The notes under the pieces were generated by a model. That model was not told the DNA's origin, did not search any database, and was given only the letters and a program-made list of their open reading frames with translations. Of a DNA stretch of 64,000 nucleotides, positions 40,222 through 54,159 are shown in pieces. Positions within the stretch are counted from its first letter, which is position 1. Each line of letters begins with the position of its first letter. The position numbers and the translations under genes were made by a program. This DNA is from Octopus vulgaris (Eukaryota), in NCBI GenBank assembly GCA_951406725.2, contig OX597839.1, positions 31,992,001 through 32,056,000 on the forward strand. The letters run 5' to 3'.

Positions 40222-41030
40222 TATGTGTGTGTGTGTGTGTGTGTGCGTGTGTGTGTGTGTTATAGCTCAATGTCCTTCATTCTGCTAAATTATTCAACCC
40301 TGAAGCATCAGTGGGAGTTCTCTTCAGCTACGATTAAATAGCTGCTAATTTAAGGTCACAAGATAAAATTTGCACATTATTTCTTGTTTGTTTGTTTTGT
40401 TTTTTCAAATGGAAAAGAAAATATATCTTTCAAAATTTACAAAAACACATCCCTTCTTTTTGGAAAGCAGTTTTGTTTGGCAGTAGATACACACAAATTG
40501 GAACAATATGCAAGAGATTATGTTCACTAGAGAACTGATTTATAGAGAGCAGGCTGTTGAATGTGTGTATGTGCAAGAGAGCATGAGAAAGCGAGAGACA
40601 GCGTATAAGTGCTTACATGTGTGTGCGTGTGTCTGTGCAATAATTATGTATGAATGCAGCTATGTGTACATATATATTTGGAGATGTGTTTAGATATCAC
40701 ATGCACACACAAACACATATACTGATGATACGCAGCAGTTAAGACAGAGTTTAACTAACCGCTTTACCCCTGAAGCTTAGCAGTTATGTGCACACACCCC
40801 AGAGCATCAATATAATAAATAAAAAAAGTGAAAGGGTCAGAAGGAAATAAGTAAATAAGAGCAAACACTAAGCAATGCTCTTGGCAACGTACGTGTTTCC
40901 AACATAAGAATTCAATAAGCTATCCAATAACTGCCAAGAATGGTTCAATAATGTTCTAACACACAGGAGCAGAACACGAGAGAAAGCTGAAGACAGTTTA
41001 CAAGACGAACGTAATGTAATCGAAATACCC
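37990..41030 (-). pseudogene. FAAP20: Possible FAAP20-like relic
   Basis: Short colinear matches only: ~40940 HSWQLL (RPWFLL); ~40325 RS*REL (RLWAEL); ~38500 SEISLIVAASIFW ending at a gaa|gtgagt donor (TEVFTVGPKTFSW); ~38070-38000 KDF...LADRMRQSVFHVTF (KEF...LAQCLAESTEDVTW). The UBZ cysteines are not retained. Confidence 0.35.
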
Positions 41031-41479
41031 TTTCATACATAATACTTTATACTATATACTGAAATACTGGTCACAATTATTAAACTTAATTGCTAAGGAA
41101 ACTACTTAATCCCATTTTCTTTAGGGTTTTTTTCTTCTTTCTTTTTTAATTAATGGAATTGATATTAAAAAAAAAAATTATATCAGACTCTTCTTACATA
41201 CACACACACCCCCACTCACTCACAATTATTTTATTTGATGGACTATGAAATTAAAAATGGAAGAAGAGTAGGGGTAAAATCAATAATAACTCAAACATAC
41301 AGCATATATGGAATATTACCATCACCAACAATGAATAGTAGAATCACTACAGACCTAAGGGCACCACAATCAATATTTTCTAGTACAAACTGAATGCTCA
41401 CTCTTCTCTGGTTCAAATTTAGTCTTGGTCAAGTTAGCTTCTTTTCGTTTATTTGTCCATGTAAAAATAGGTAGACCAT

Positions 41480-44400
41480 CAATTACAAAGTGGTGCTGTT
41501 ACCTGTATGTGTTGGGTCAAACAGATTCAATAATTTGTGTCAATTTGATGGTTTTATAGCCTTCAAATGTATGCAGAATATCTTTGTTGGTATTCATCGT
41601 ATTATCGTGAGAAAGATATCTCTCTCAAAACTGTAATACTAAAGAAACTAAGATAAATCTAAGAGTGCATCTGAGACACTAAAAACATACAAATCAGCCT
41701 CGTTATTACATTAACCATCATTGTCATCTGTAAACAGTCTCAGTCGCTTTAAATGAATTAAATGTGAATTCTAAACAACTGTAGTCTACTTTGCTTTGCT
41801 TTAAAAATAATAAAAAAGATACTTTGTTAATTTAAATTCCATTTTAACAGCACTTATTTCAATATTTTTATATATTTCCAATTACAGTATTTATTTAGTT
41901 AGTTTTTGTTTCTCCTATTTGCATTTACTATCAAGACATGCCACATAGCATTCAGTTTTCCTCATTGATTATTTCTAAACCACTTTCGTTTTTACTTTTC
42001 TTTTTTGGAACAACATTTCTGATCTTTAGTTTACAACAAGTTTCCACTTCTCAAGTATATAGTTTACTTGATTCAATATCATATTTTCTCATTTCTTGCT
42101 TTTTTTTCGGTGCTAACATTTCTGAATATATCCCACAGTGCTTGTGCTTACACCAGAATGGGAAGAATTAATTGCTTTAACTCGTTTGTTTATCAATAGT
42201 TTTGTTGGAATATTCTGCCTTTTGTTTCAATCAATATTGAAAATAATGAAGAATTTAGTAAAGTAACTTTGTCATTGTTAAGCTGATATTTAGAAGATAA
42301 ATTAGCAAGAATTTTGAGAGGAGGTTTTAATGTAGATCACTTGAAAACTGGAAGTTTGTTTAATAGAAGCTGATGTAGTCTCAGGTGGGCTGGTATTAAA
42401 ATGATGAAGAAACATCTCTTAATCTTTTTTCTAAGTACAACAACATACTCAGTCGAACCACCTGCACAGATGATTTGTTTGTAGTGATCAAATGTATGTG
42501 CTGTACAGAAGCTTACTCCCTCCATCAAACTAACGCTGCCTCTGCAGAACAACATGAGATTCAAAAGTACTATGCACAGTCTGATCCAGGAATTGAACCC
42601 GTGATCTCACAATTGTGAGTGCAACACCCTAACCACTAGGCCACATGCTCTCACTGTAACAAAATACAAAATGTCAACTCAGTGTCTAAAGGGCCAACTT
42701 TCTCTTAGCTCAGCTGTAATCTGCCTTATAGATTATATAAATTCTATCTTCAACATGGAGATTATAATTGGTAAACAATGTTTATGTTTTACAATTATAT
42801 AATTACTGTTTTAGGAGTCGCTCTTCAGCAAACAACATTTGTCTAAATATTCTGTCGACTCATCTGTTGAGGTCCAACATCCTAAGATACAAACAATTCT
42901 TGAAGTCGGCTTTAAACAAAATATTTTTTCTGCAAGATTCCACACTTCTTCAGCTCATTAAAAGAGTTTCACAATGAGAATGCAATAAGAAACTGAATCA
43001 TTGGAGCATAACATGATCATCCAGTGTCTTGAATCCTGTTGGCCTAGAGAACAGATGCCAGCATGGTCTTAAGATGATGGTGAAAACAATCAATTTTAAT
43101 AGGGCTTCAAAAACTTCAATAAGCAGAAAAAAAGCTGAGCATCTTTATCAACAACTGAAATGAACTTCAATAGCACTTTCCCCATTGTTTATCAAATTAT
43201 ATTCAATCTTATCCTTTGTTGGTTCCAGTCTTTGGATTGTAGCCATGTTAGGATACTGTCTTCAGGGGTTTTTAGTCAATTATATTGACCACCCTACCCA
43301 GTATTTTGCCTGGTGCTTATTTTACTGATCTTTATCTATCAAATGGCTAAGTTCACCTCAGTATAAAGATATGTAATTAGGATGAAATAAATAACACAAA
43401 GTATTTCTGATGTACTGATTTATCAGCAATTCTTCACTAGTATTCACACACACACACAGGCACACAGACACACACACATGCACACACACATGCACACACA
43501 CACACAGGGATTTATATAGTAACTCCTAACAGTATACAAGGGTGCACATGTAAATCAAAACCCACAAACACACAATAGCACACATGAGCCAGTGATGGAT
43601 CATCTTCATTGTTGCTCAACTTGCTAAAAATAGCAGCCAAATACACCATAAATTACAAGGAGAATGCATAATCATATACATACTCAGTAACATCCAGCAA
43701 CTTACATGCACACTCAGGTATAAAAACATAAAAGCATATATCCCTACACACACATATATATATATAATATTAGGGAGTATAACTCCAAACTTAAAATATA
43801 TTTAAAATATATATTATTTTTTATTTATGATTTGGTTTATGTCTATCATTGTTTGAATTGCATAATAGTGGTTTTTCTCTAAAAGCACCAACCAATCATG
43901 GCCGCTGCCAGCCTCCCCTGGCACCTGTGCCGGTGGCACGTAAAAAGCACCCACTACACTCACGGAGTGGTTGGCGTTAGGAAGAGCATCCAGCTGTAGA
44001 AACACTGCCAGATCAGACTGGAGTCTGGTGCAGCCTCCTGGCTTCCCAGACCCCGGTCGAACTGTCCAACCTGTGCTAGCACGGAAAATGGACGTTAAAC
44101 GATGAGGATATATATATATATACACGCACACACACATACAGAAATAAAATATACATCACTGTATAGATACATACAAACATCTGCCACAAAAAGAGAGAAA
44201 CATTTATACAGACAAAAATAGTTTTCATAATACAGAGATAGATATGACAATATACACACACACACAACATACATATACATAAAATATACAACGCTATACA
44301 GGCATACACATTGTGTGTGTGTGCGTGTGTGTGTGTGTGCATGTGTGTGTGTGTGTGTGTGCGTGCATGCGTGTGTGTGTGTGTGTATTACAGACACATC

Positions 44401-44596
44401 TAGGTGTTCTTAAATGTTACCTTAAGATAAATTATTTTATTCTTTTACTTGTTTCAGTCATTTGACTGCAACCATGCTGGAGCACCACCTTTAATACTTA
44501 TTCTATCGGTCTCTTTTGCTGAACCACTAAGTTACAGAGACGTAAATGCACCAGCATCGGTTGTCAAGTGATGGGAGTGGACAAAGACATACAAAT

Positions 44597-44627
<31 letters not shown>

Positions 44628-46690
44628 TACATACGATGAGCTTCTTTTAGTTTCCATCTACCAAATCCACTCACAAGGCTTTGGTCGCCTGAAGGCTATG
44701 GTAGAAGACACTTTCCCAAAGTGCCACACAGTGGGACTGAACCCAGACCCATGTGGTTAGTAAGCAAGCTACTTACCACACAGCCACTCCTGCGCGCCTA
44801 TGTTTATTTTCTTTATATAAATGTTTATTTTCTTTATATGGTTATACTTGACAGTCATTTATCTTTCTGCAGACGTTGGTCATAAGTCCAACTAATTTTT
44901 AATTAGTTGCAGAGCACTCAAAGGCAGTGTAGTTTAACAGTGACACACTGGGTTTTCTACATAGTGATTATTTTGTGCCTATTATAGTGTTTATGTGTGT
45001 GTGTATGCAGATGCGTGCACACACACACTCACCTGACACACTTTTGCAATTTCTGTTCACCGAATTTCATTCACAAAGCATTGAAGCTATGATGGCAGAC
45101 ACTTGCCCAAGGTGTCCTGCAGAGGGATTGAACATGTGTTTGTGAAATGAATGCCTTAACTACTCGACCAAACCTACTTAGACTTCCTCCACTTTCTTCA
45201 GTATTTACCTTCACTAATCATCCTTGATTTTCCAATAATTGAACACAGAGCTTACATGTCCATCACAAAAAATAACACCTTCAGTATACAACGATAAATA
45301 ATGTCTATGAATGACATACTTAGCTTGATGCCATTACAATTCATCATAGCACGCCTGTTATATTGGAAAAGGCACCAATTCACATCTAAATCCATTTTCC
45401 CTTCCTCTTCCTCTTCTTCTTCTTCTTCTTCTTCTTCTCATCATTGCTTCTTTGAGCATGACTGATAAGCCCTTTAATTCAATCAAACTGAAACTAGTTT
45501 TCTATGCCATACCTACATTCTCTACCAACTGCTCTTCATATCACTTCCAAATACATTCACGTTATAGTCGAGGTGCCAGCATGACTACATTCTTACACAC
45601 ATTTTATCCTCTATTAAATGATTAATTCACAACTATTCACATCAACTAGTTTCCTATATTGAACACCTCACATCTTTCATTCATAATGCTAAGTACAAAA
45701 CCTGTATTCCGTTTCACTTTTTAATAACTATATTGTCTTGCACATAGTCTAAGATATCACTGCACTTGCTACATTTTTCACCATGTTTCTTTTCTTTTCT
45801 TTCCTTTTCTTTTTTTTTTTTCCTCTTTTTTTCTTTGCTGCTACTTTAGTATTCCACAATTACATGCTGTCTAGTGGAGCCCTTGCTGGAAATTACAAAG
45901 CTGTAATCACTTGGATAGCAAAATGTGTATTGGGATTTAAAGAAAAAGATTAGAAAATGTAATGGAAGTCCTATTTTAAGGAAAGGAAAGAGAGAGAGAG
46001 AAAGAGAGAGAGAGAAAGTGAAAGAGAGAGAGAGAGAGAAAGTGAAAGACAGAGACAGGGAAATGCAAAGAGTGGAATAGAGGGGAGAGAGGGCGAGAGA
46101 GAGAGGGAGAGAATTAGAGTAAAAAGGATTGAATAATGCATCACATTGTATAGAAATATATGAAGAATAAAAGCAAAGGGTTTTTTCTTTTTTCACTTTA
46201 AAGTTTTAAGTAGTGAAAGTTTTCATTTCGGCTTGTTTTCATTTATAATCAACTGCAATACAATTTATATTATTTAAAGGTTTCTTGAAGTTGTTTTTCT
46301 AAAAGCATATCTTTATTCACTTTGGAGAAATGTAGGAAGATTGTATATACATATTCACAAACACATGTGTGTATATGCACATATACACACATTCAAAGTA
46401 TTTGGAAGTGGTGATTCCATTTAAAATCAATTTTGTGGGGGAAAAAAACTACCATTTCAATATATAAAAGCAAGAAAATAATGGAAGAAACAATATCTAA
46501 GAAGACAGTTACCTGTTAAATGATGCAGCTTGATGCGCAGTCTGGTTCATCTGCACGGTACAGGTATTGGAGTGGCCTTACTGGTAAGATGTTTGTCTAC
46601 AGAATAGAGAAAGCAGGTTCAGTGTTACTTTGTAAACGAGATGTTATTTTGCTGAGTTAATCTGGTGAATTTGAAGAGATAGGAAAAAAA
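41480..46690 (+). pseudogene. FANCL: Decayed FANCL-like E3 ligase gene relic
   Basis: Colinear: 41490-41610 LLP...NR...FDGFIA...HRIIV (LLPQNR...YEGFIS...LRIVL); ~41940 PHSIQFSSLI (PPPQFYSSLI); ~42940-43040 DSTLLQL...HWSI...VLNP (QSSLISI...FWDV...VLEP); ~44950 GFLHSDYFVP (FFLGADHVVKP); ~45310 MNDIL...AR/VILEK (LKDVL...ARAILEK); ~46505-46640 SYLLN...PYW*DVCL...RESRFSV...C (AYQLD...PFHQICL...RQSFNI...C). The RING ligands are mostly lost. Confidence 0.6.
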
Positions 46691-47349
46691 ATATATAATC
46701 TCTGACATAATGCCAATGCTGACAGATTCCTAATTGTTAGTTCAAAGAGTTTGCTAATAGGTATTAAACTGATTCAGTTTCATAGACACACAAGATTTAT
46801 TGAGCAAATTAGTTAATGATTTAACAGCAAACGTACCCTAGGAATACAATGAAAGTGAATTGAGTTAAGAAAAAAACCACCAAGTTTGATGCAGTCATTT
46901 TATGTAATATATGATGAAAGTGAAGTCACATTGCCTAGTTTTTGGGTGTTGAGTTCGAGATCATTAGGTTGTGGGTTCCGTTTCTGTAGGAGCAGCATAA
47001 GACACTAAAGTCCAAGTTTGGTTCAGTTCACTCAGCTGTAAATGAATACCAGCAGTCAGACCTTTTGGTGGACTAGTGTCTCATTTGGGTAAAATTCTTG
47101 TACCCACAGTCACTTAAACACCACCAATAGGCCCAAGACAGACTGTAACTAACTTTTAAACATGACAAAATGTTTGAGAGTAAGAACATAGATTCAACAA
47201 TTGGCTAACACATTCTTACAGTTCACGTTTTCTACAAATAATAATAATATTCAACACTTTAAGTATTCAATAATAATGCAATTTTTAGGAGAGTCTATTC
47301 TAAATGTCTTTGCAAAAAAGAAAAGAGAAAAATCTGAATTTTCATTGAA

Positions 47350-50300
47350 TGTTTTGTTGTTCCTAGGAAGCTGTGAATGATATCCTAATTATAAAATCTA
47401 CCGTATAAAAGGAAGACAATTAGCAAATATTTCAAGTTCAAGGCAAAATTAAAAAATTAAAATGTAATATGATAGGGTAAGAATTGTGGATTGATAAATA
47501 TGTATAAGGTTATATAACAGAGAAGAGTTAAATAGGATAGAACAATGTTGAAGACAAAATAATTAAAAGGGATAGTTGTTTAATGAATGGAACAGAAACA
47601 AGCCACAATGGATGATGCCAACAATTTCCACCTTAATGGTAATACAACAGAACAAAAACACGGTTAGGTTATCATCCAACTGTGAAAATATTGCCTGCAT
47701 TGGACTCTAACCCAATGATAGATTAATTCATAAAAGGGAATAGTTTCATATGGAAATGTCTCCAGAGATAAAATTATTGAAATAAAACTAAAATAGTCAT
47801 TATGTCTGCAAGTATTGGATTGCCATTAGAAAACTTCATTAATGTTTCACAGTAAATTAATTATACACACGCACACACACACACACACACACAGACACAC
47901 ACACACACACACACACACAATTCAAAGATCTTTCAATTTTATTTCATCTGTATTTATCGCAATATTAATGACTCAATAAAATATCTTTGACTTTCAAGTT
48001 GCTAAATGATGATTGGGGTTGATGTTTTTGTAGTTGACTAACCATATGGCTAATCAGATGTCGAGATGTAACCTCAAAATCCAGCTCCACCTAAAAGCCT
48101 GTTGCTTCAGAATTGCTTTATAAAGAGCATTCTAGTCACATCACATACAGCTTACTGCTTGGGAATGGTTTATAATGAACATTCTAGTTGTAACCATATT
48201 GCTTTACTAATTATTATTTTGTTCATTTGCTTGTTTGTCTTGCATCTGATTTTCTATGTTAACATGTTTTGTGGGGAGACTTCTTAAGACAGTGTTTTAT
48301 GGCCAGGTGCCCTTCTTGTCACCAACCTTAATTATTTTTCATGTAAAGGACTTTTTATTCCACTGGTCTTCAAAGGTGCTGAGCTAAGGACATTTTGTTT
48401 GCATGGAATGGAAACACAACATCACATTTTCACTCAGATGGTGACATATGAAAATACAGATGTCGAACCACACACACATAAATATATATCTATAATATAT
48501 TTATGATAGACTTCCATACAGTTTCCATCTACCAATTTCATTCACAAGGTACTGGTCAGCTGAAGACATTTGCCCAAGGTGTCATGCTGTGAGATAGAAC
48601 CTGAAGCCCCATCATTATGAAGTGAACTCGTTATCCATGCAACAATGCCTCTACTTTGTACTCATAGCAAATTTTTCCACTTTTCCTTCATAATCTTGTG
48701 CATTCTTAATGTTTTTTCTAAAATCATCCAATCAACAAGAGAACTAGTTTCAAATTTTGGCACAAGGCTAGCAAGTTCAGGGGAAAGAGTAAGTCAATTA
48801 TTTTCTTGATCCTGAAAGGACAAAATGCAAAGTTAACCTCAGTGGAATTTGAACTCAGAATGTAAGGACAGACAAAATATCTCTAAGCATTTTGCCAGCA
48901 TGCTAATGATTCTACTAGCTTGCCACCTTAGAGGAATTTAATATAGTGAATGGGCAAACCAAAAGATAAGTCATGGTTTGGACTTTCACCAGTTGTAGAC
49001 AAGGGTTAACATGTGTCTCCCATTTTACTTTGGTTTGGTCAAATCAAATGTGGAGTCAAGACATTTCCACTTCCTTCATGTGAACTGAACTCTTTGACAT
49101 GATCCATCTTGATTCTCTACATGTTCATTTTCATAGGATATTTACCAGTCTTTCTTGCCATAAATATATATGGCAAGATTCTTTGGAAATACAATTTTCA
49201 ATGTTTTGCTCCAATTTTTTTCTGATCTCACCAACAACAATTGAATTTAATGAGGAAGGATATTGCTTCAAGTCCCTCCAGTCCTACACAACTTTAACGA
49301 GGTCAATAGCATTTAATCAACTTGTGTGTGATAATATCTGCTGGGAAAATATGGACAAAGAGAGAGTTCTAGAAAACTACAGTCTTCAGGGAAAAGGTTT
49401 GGGCAAAAAAAATTTAATTCAAGGTTTGTGTGGTGAGATGCAGTATGGATGAGAGGAGGTGCATCAAATAAGCTTGTGCCAAGGTGATATAGTTTGCTAA
49501 TTCAGAGAAGCAGTAACATTTTTTTAGCAATCATAGAAAAGATAAATGGAGGATACAACCAGTGGAGAGAGAGAGAGATGGTGAGAGAAAGTGTGTGTGT
49601 CTCTCTCTCTTGGTAGTTGACTTTTTCCTATCAGTCCCATAACTGTCTTTGAATGTTGTTTATAAAACATGTGCATTCGTAGTAAATAAGCTGACCCAGG
49701 TATATACAAGTTATCATCACAATTATAATTTAATGTTTACATTTTCATCCTTGCATGAGTCAAATGGTATTTGTTGATGCCGTTCCTATATAAAACTTCA
49801 CATGCTTCCAAGCAAGGTAATATTTCACCACGGCCAGATGTGTTTTTCATAGAAGACTGCAAATGAACAACCTTGCTTGTATGATGGTGATGCTCACTTA
49901 CAACCATCATGCTAGGCAAAGTTCAGAGAGCTTCTACCTTTGTTGGTAATTAAGGATCTCTCCCTCAGAGTATGATGCCTGTATACATAAAGCTATGTTA
50001 TATGGCAGTGAAACATAGGCTTTGACTACAGAAGGCTTTCAAAGGCTTGAAAGAAAATTGTGTTTTAGAGGCCACTGGCCAATGACATCAGGAAAAGCAG
50101 ATCTCTGTTGGTGTCAGCTTAGAAGCTAAGTTGGTGGTCACTGATGAGGGTGAAGAGCTATAGATGACAACACGGGTTGGTTACAACTATCTATCACATT
50201 TGAGATGATGAAGGTGAGGGAAATAGGTCAGTAGTTGTCAGGTTGGGAGAAGTTGCTGTTCTTGGGAATAAGACATTGTCACACATTTCCGTTAATTGGA

Positions 50301-50670
50301 ATGGATATACAGAGAGAAAAACATGGCGAGTTTGTGAAACAAGAATCAGCCCAGAGTTGCTGTGTCTGCAGTTAATAACAGTTACACTATCAGTTCCGAT
50401 CATCTTGGTGGCTGTTATCTTAAACAGATCAAGCAACTAAATAGGAAGCACATTCACTGAAAGTTCCGATATTGCTGATGCTGTTGATGATGATGATATT
50501 CCTGTTGTTGATAATTATGAGCATGAAGGTAACGCTATATTTACAGTGATGAGCTACAGCTCTGTCAGTTAAGCTAAACGTGGTGTCAGAGGAAATGATA
50601 AGTTAGAAAAGTAGTATCATCCGAACTTGTCAATTTCATAATTTACAATATCATTTTTCAATACCGTGTG
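47350..50670 (+). pseudogene. FAAP24: Decayed FAAP24-like gene relic
   Basis: 47408-47453 KGRQLAN / QGKIK (RGSQLAQEMQGKIK); ~47735 KGNSF (AGNGY); ~47810 KYWIAIRKL (QYFPALQKF); 48013-48087 LGLMFL...MANQMSRCNLKIQL (LGMVLLPVASQMEASCLVIQL); ~49697 PGIYKL (HhH motif PGVGKV); ~50600-50660 KLEK...SFF (ELEQ...AFF). Confidence 0.65.
49915..50060 (+). mobile_element. RTE LINE ORF fragment
   Basis: LLPLLVIKDLSLRV / YDACIHKAMLYGSET*ALTTEGFQRLER. Confidence 0.75.
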
Positions 50671-50879
50671 TAAAGATGTAATCAGATGAAAGAACTCTCA
50701 CGGTATTTAAGAGCTTTAGGTCAATGAGTTTCATTCAGAATATAAATTAACAAATAAACAGAAACAGGAAAATTAGATTGCAAACAAAAAAGAAAAAGAA
50801 AAAAAAGTAAAGAAATGCTTATTCTATTTGATGTGAGTAGATAAATCTATTACAGGTGTTCTCAAGAATAGTAATACGT

Positions 50880-52165
50880 TCACCTTGTTGCAATAGTGGC
50901 ATCAGTAAATCACTGACATTAATAAATGAGAAACCCGTGTTTAGTGGAATCAGTCACGAGTAGTAATATCAGATTTGCTCATAGTGTGTGTTTGTGTGTG
51001 TGTTTGTGTGTAAGGGGGCATGCAACATAGCATACAGTAAGTTCCAGTATGCCAAAGATACCCACAACCCAGTTTCAAGTATCAGCTGAACCATTTCACT
51101 TTTCTTGTGTTGTTGTATCTTTAGATGTCTAAGTGTTATAGAGGGATACATTTCACAAGACTGCCATCTCCTTGACTTTCAACTTAGAAATGAAATCTTT
51201 TGAAACACCCAAAAGGCAAAAGATATTTACAAAGCCTTTTTGAAGGGTCAAAATCTTAGGTTGAATCTCTAGATTTATCTTAACCTGGAATCAAAACTGC
51301 ACAGTAAACTCTACATTACTCAGCGCTTGCACCACTCACACATGCACGCACACACACACACACACACACACGCACACACACACACACACACACACATGCA
51401 CAAATGTAGTGAAACCTCTACAAACATGCAGAGAAAGTACATTCAGCAAAACCATTTCATAAACAGTCAAACTCTGAGAAGCACTAACCTGATCCTCCCA
51501 CCATCTCCATTCTAAATTCTTCCAACACATGTTGTTATAGTGCTACAATAATGTAAAATCTGAGACACACTTCCCTTTATTCATGCCATCGCTATTTGAA
51601 ATTTTCTTAAGAAGAGTCAAGCAACTATCTATAATATACAAGATTAAATAAACTGACATCAATCATTGCTACTTGAAATAAGGTCACACCTATATGACCT
51701 TAAGTGTCTCTGAAAAGATTGTATAATTTATTTGCCAGATGATTGATGTGTGCAAAATCTAATTTCTTTTATAAGCATAAATCTTTTTCAGACTTATGGT
51801 CTATGAGAAGTCGTGACAGACATTCCTTTCCAACAAAATAAACAATTTAAGCCAAACAGTTCTGATTGGGAATTTAACAAAAATCAAAGACCCCATTAAA
51901 CAGAAATGAAAATATATATAGATTAAATGGAATTTAAGGTCTTTAAAAAGGTAAGTTAGCTGGGAATGTTTTAGAACACAGCAGAGGACTAGGGATGAGA
52001 AACAAACTGATTAAATCTGGGTGACAAAAGCAGAATCCTAGCAAAATGGCAGCAGTCTGTGTCAGCAAAACATGTTATATAGTGTGTTTGAAGATTTTCA
52101 TTATGTCTACCTGTGGGGAGATAAGAGGACAGTGATCTTTCAGAACTGACACTTCATCTGACAAT
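50880..52165 (-). pseudogene. UBE2T: Possible UBE2T (FANCT)-like E2 relic
   Basis: ~52160 LSDEVSVLKDHCP (LKRELHMLATEPP); ~52045 AAILLG (RAQILG); ~51895 GVFDF...IPNQ (GVFKL...IPER); ~51765 EIRFCT (QIRFLT); ~51700 DT*GHIG (DSAGRIC, catalytic Cys replaced); ~51180-51085 KLKVK..W...PSIT...VQLIL (KLPPKGAW.PSLN...IQLLM). It could be another E2 family member; the UBE2T label rests partly on context. Confidence 0.45.
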
Positions 52166-52277
52166 GTATGTACATATATATATATATGCACATGTGCATG
52201 TAAGTGTGGGTGTGTGCAAAGGTGTTGAGCACTCATTCTCACTGTTTGATACTAGTATAGCAGTACTTCCAGCATTC

Positions 52278-52503
52278 TTAACCCTTTAGTGTTTAAACTG
52301 GCCAAATCCGGCCCAATATATTCTACATGTTTTATATTCAAACTGGCCATATCCAGCCTCTCACACCTAACCTACATTGACATTCTAAAAATAAACAATC
52401 ACATTGAAACCTCAAAGCTGTAAGTTAATGCATGATTAATTCAAAACAATTTGAGTGAAAAAGTATTACATTTAACAGAGTAATCTGAACACTAAATGGT
52501 TAA
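52278..52503. mobile_element. TTAA-flanked piggyBac-type MITE
   Basis: ttaaccctttag...ctaaatggttaa; related copies at 55392-55618 and (reversed) ~30107-30302. Confidence 0.8.
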
Positions 52504-52539
52504 ACATCAGACAAGCACTAAAAATGAACATAGACTCAA

Positions 52540-53520
52540 AACAAACCATATAAAAACATGAAGAGGAAACATCTCTGAAGAATATTCCTCTTCCACCATG
52601 GAAATCTACATCAAGCATCTTATTGAAAGAAAATGTCCAGAGGGTAGTTACAGTTTCAGGTCTAACCAAAATCCACCACATATTGAAGATCTCAATAGAT
52701 TTGAAGATGACCTCATGAAATTAGATGAAAATATTAAATTCAGCCTTAGATCCAATAGCTTCCAATAACTTCCAGCAGAAATTACAAACATATCTTGAAG
52801 CTTTTAAGGACTCTCCAAACACATTCATAAAAGCATATACAGCAAGAAATGCTTATGAGGTAGATAACTGCATACATCAACTGCTAATTGATAACACAAC
52901 TAAAACATATACAAAAAATGGATCTTATGACATAATTTAATCAACAACGAGGCAAAGAAATGTAGCCATGAAACTTGGCATCAACAATAGAGTGCAATGA
53001 CTCATCTTATGAAAACCTTTTGTAACCCTGAAGGACTGTAAAGACAATTTCATGTAAAGCTCTAGTTGTAGATTGGTGAAAAGCAATATAGGCATTTTTA
53101 GCAAATCTATACTAGGAAATGTCATGTGACATGTCAGAGCCTCCTCAAATCTAACACAATGGATATGTAGCAGAGCAACCATTCAGTGGTTTAGGAAAAT
53201 TAAAGTCAAACCCAAATTCATTCAGTTTTGCATATTATGGAACTTAGCCCTTAATCTCCAAAAGCCTGCTCCAGAAGTCATTCAAGATTAATAAATTCTA
53301 TTTTACAATGGTCACTAACAACAATATAGACATTACAATGAATGCAAGGTAGCCATTGCTCTTTCCTAATAATACCTAAAAAGAGCGGAGATGAGCTATT
53401 TGATGTTGCTATAGGGATCCGTGACGGAGCTGAGATAGAGGATCAGGTTAGCCTTTACATCCTCCATATCCTTAACAATGAAACATAAGTTGACGTAAGG
53501 TTATATAGGGATGACAAGTG
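52540..53520 (+). mobile_element. Degraded Penelope-like element reverse transcriptase fragment
   Basis: DLNRFEDDL... and FDVAIGIRDGAEIEDQVSLYILHIL...RLYRDD (compare MG..DGAE...VGLYIL and LYRDD in PLE RTs), with stops and frameshifts. Confidence 0.8.
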
Positions 53521-54159
53521 CTTTAATCGGTATACTAATAGACATATACCCAAAGTCTGAATAATTACTTATATAATCACAAATATATGCATATGTATAC
53601 ACCATAATGATTTGCTTCAATAAATTCTAAATGACCCATGAAAGCAGTGGAAAGTGAACATTAAATGATGATATATATATATATATGTAAATTGCTGGTT
53701 GTACACACACAAATTATAGGGTTTCTCCATTAGTTTTCATCCACCAAATTTATTAGCAAGTCATTGGTCAATCTGAGGTTAGGCAAGGAAACATCTCCCC
53801 AAACTACCATGCTGCAGGTTTTAACTCTGAACCACATCATTGCAAAGCTAACCTCTTTACCACATGGCCATGCCTGTTCTCTTTTAGAGACAATTTACTG
53901 CAGCATCATTTACTTGTTACAGAATGTGAAAAGGAAGGAAGGTGTAAGAGAGAAAATAATGTAGTCTGCTTCTTTCTTTACATAAAATTATTTCATAAAT
54001 ACCATTTTATAAGGTTTTTTTTTTTAAATAAATCTGTCTTTTGCAAACACACACACACACTCAAAAATAAACTCAATTGAAAGACATTACCATTATTTCT
54101 TTCATCCAATAAAGTCAAGTCACTAATTTGTACTTAATATCTTTCCATAATGATGTATT

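Noticed and set aside
262-41030. Rescue of TGA/TAG stops at Trp positions by cephalopod A-to-I editing
   Set aside because: Several stops do sit at Trp codons, but frameshifts, deletions, non-Trp stops and insertions are also abundant. TGG to TGA/TAG is simply a common transition.
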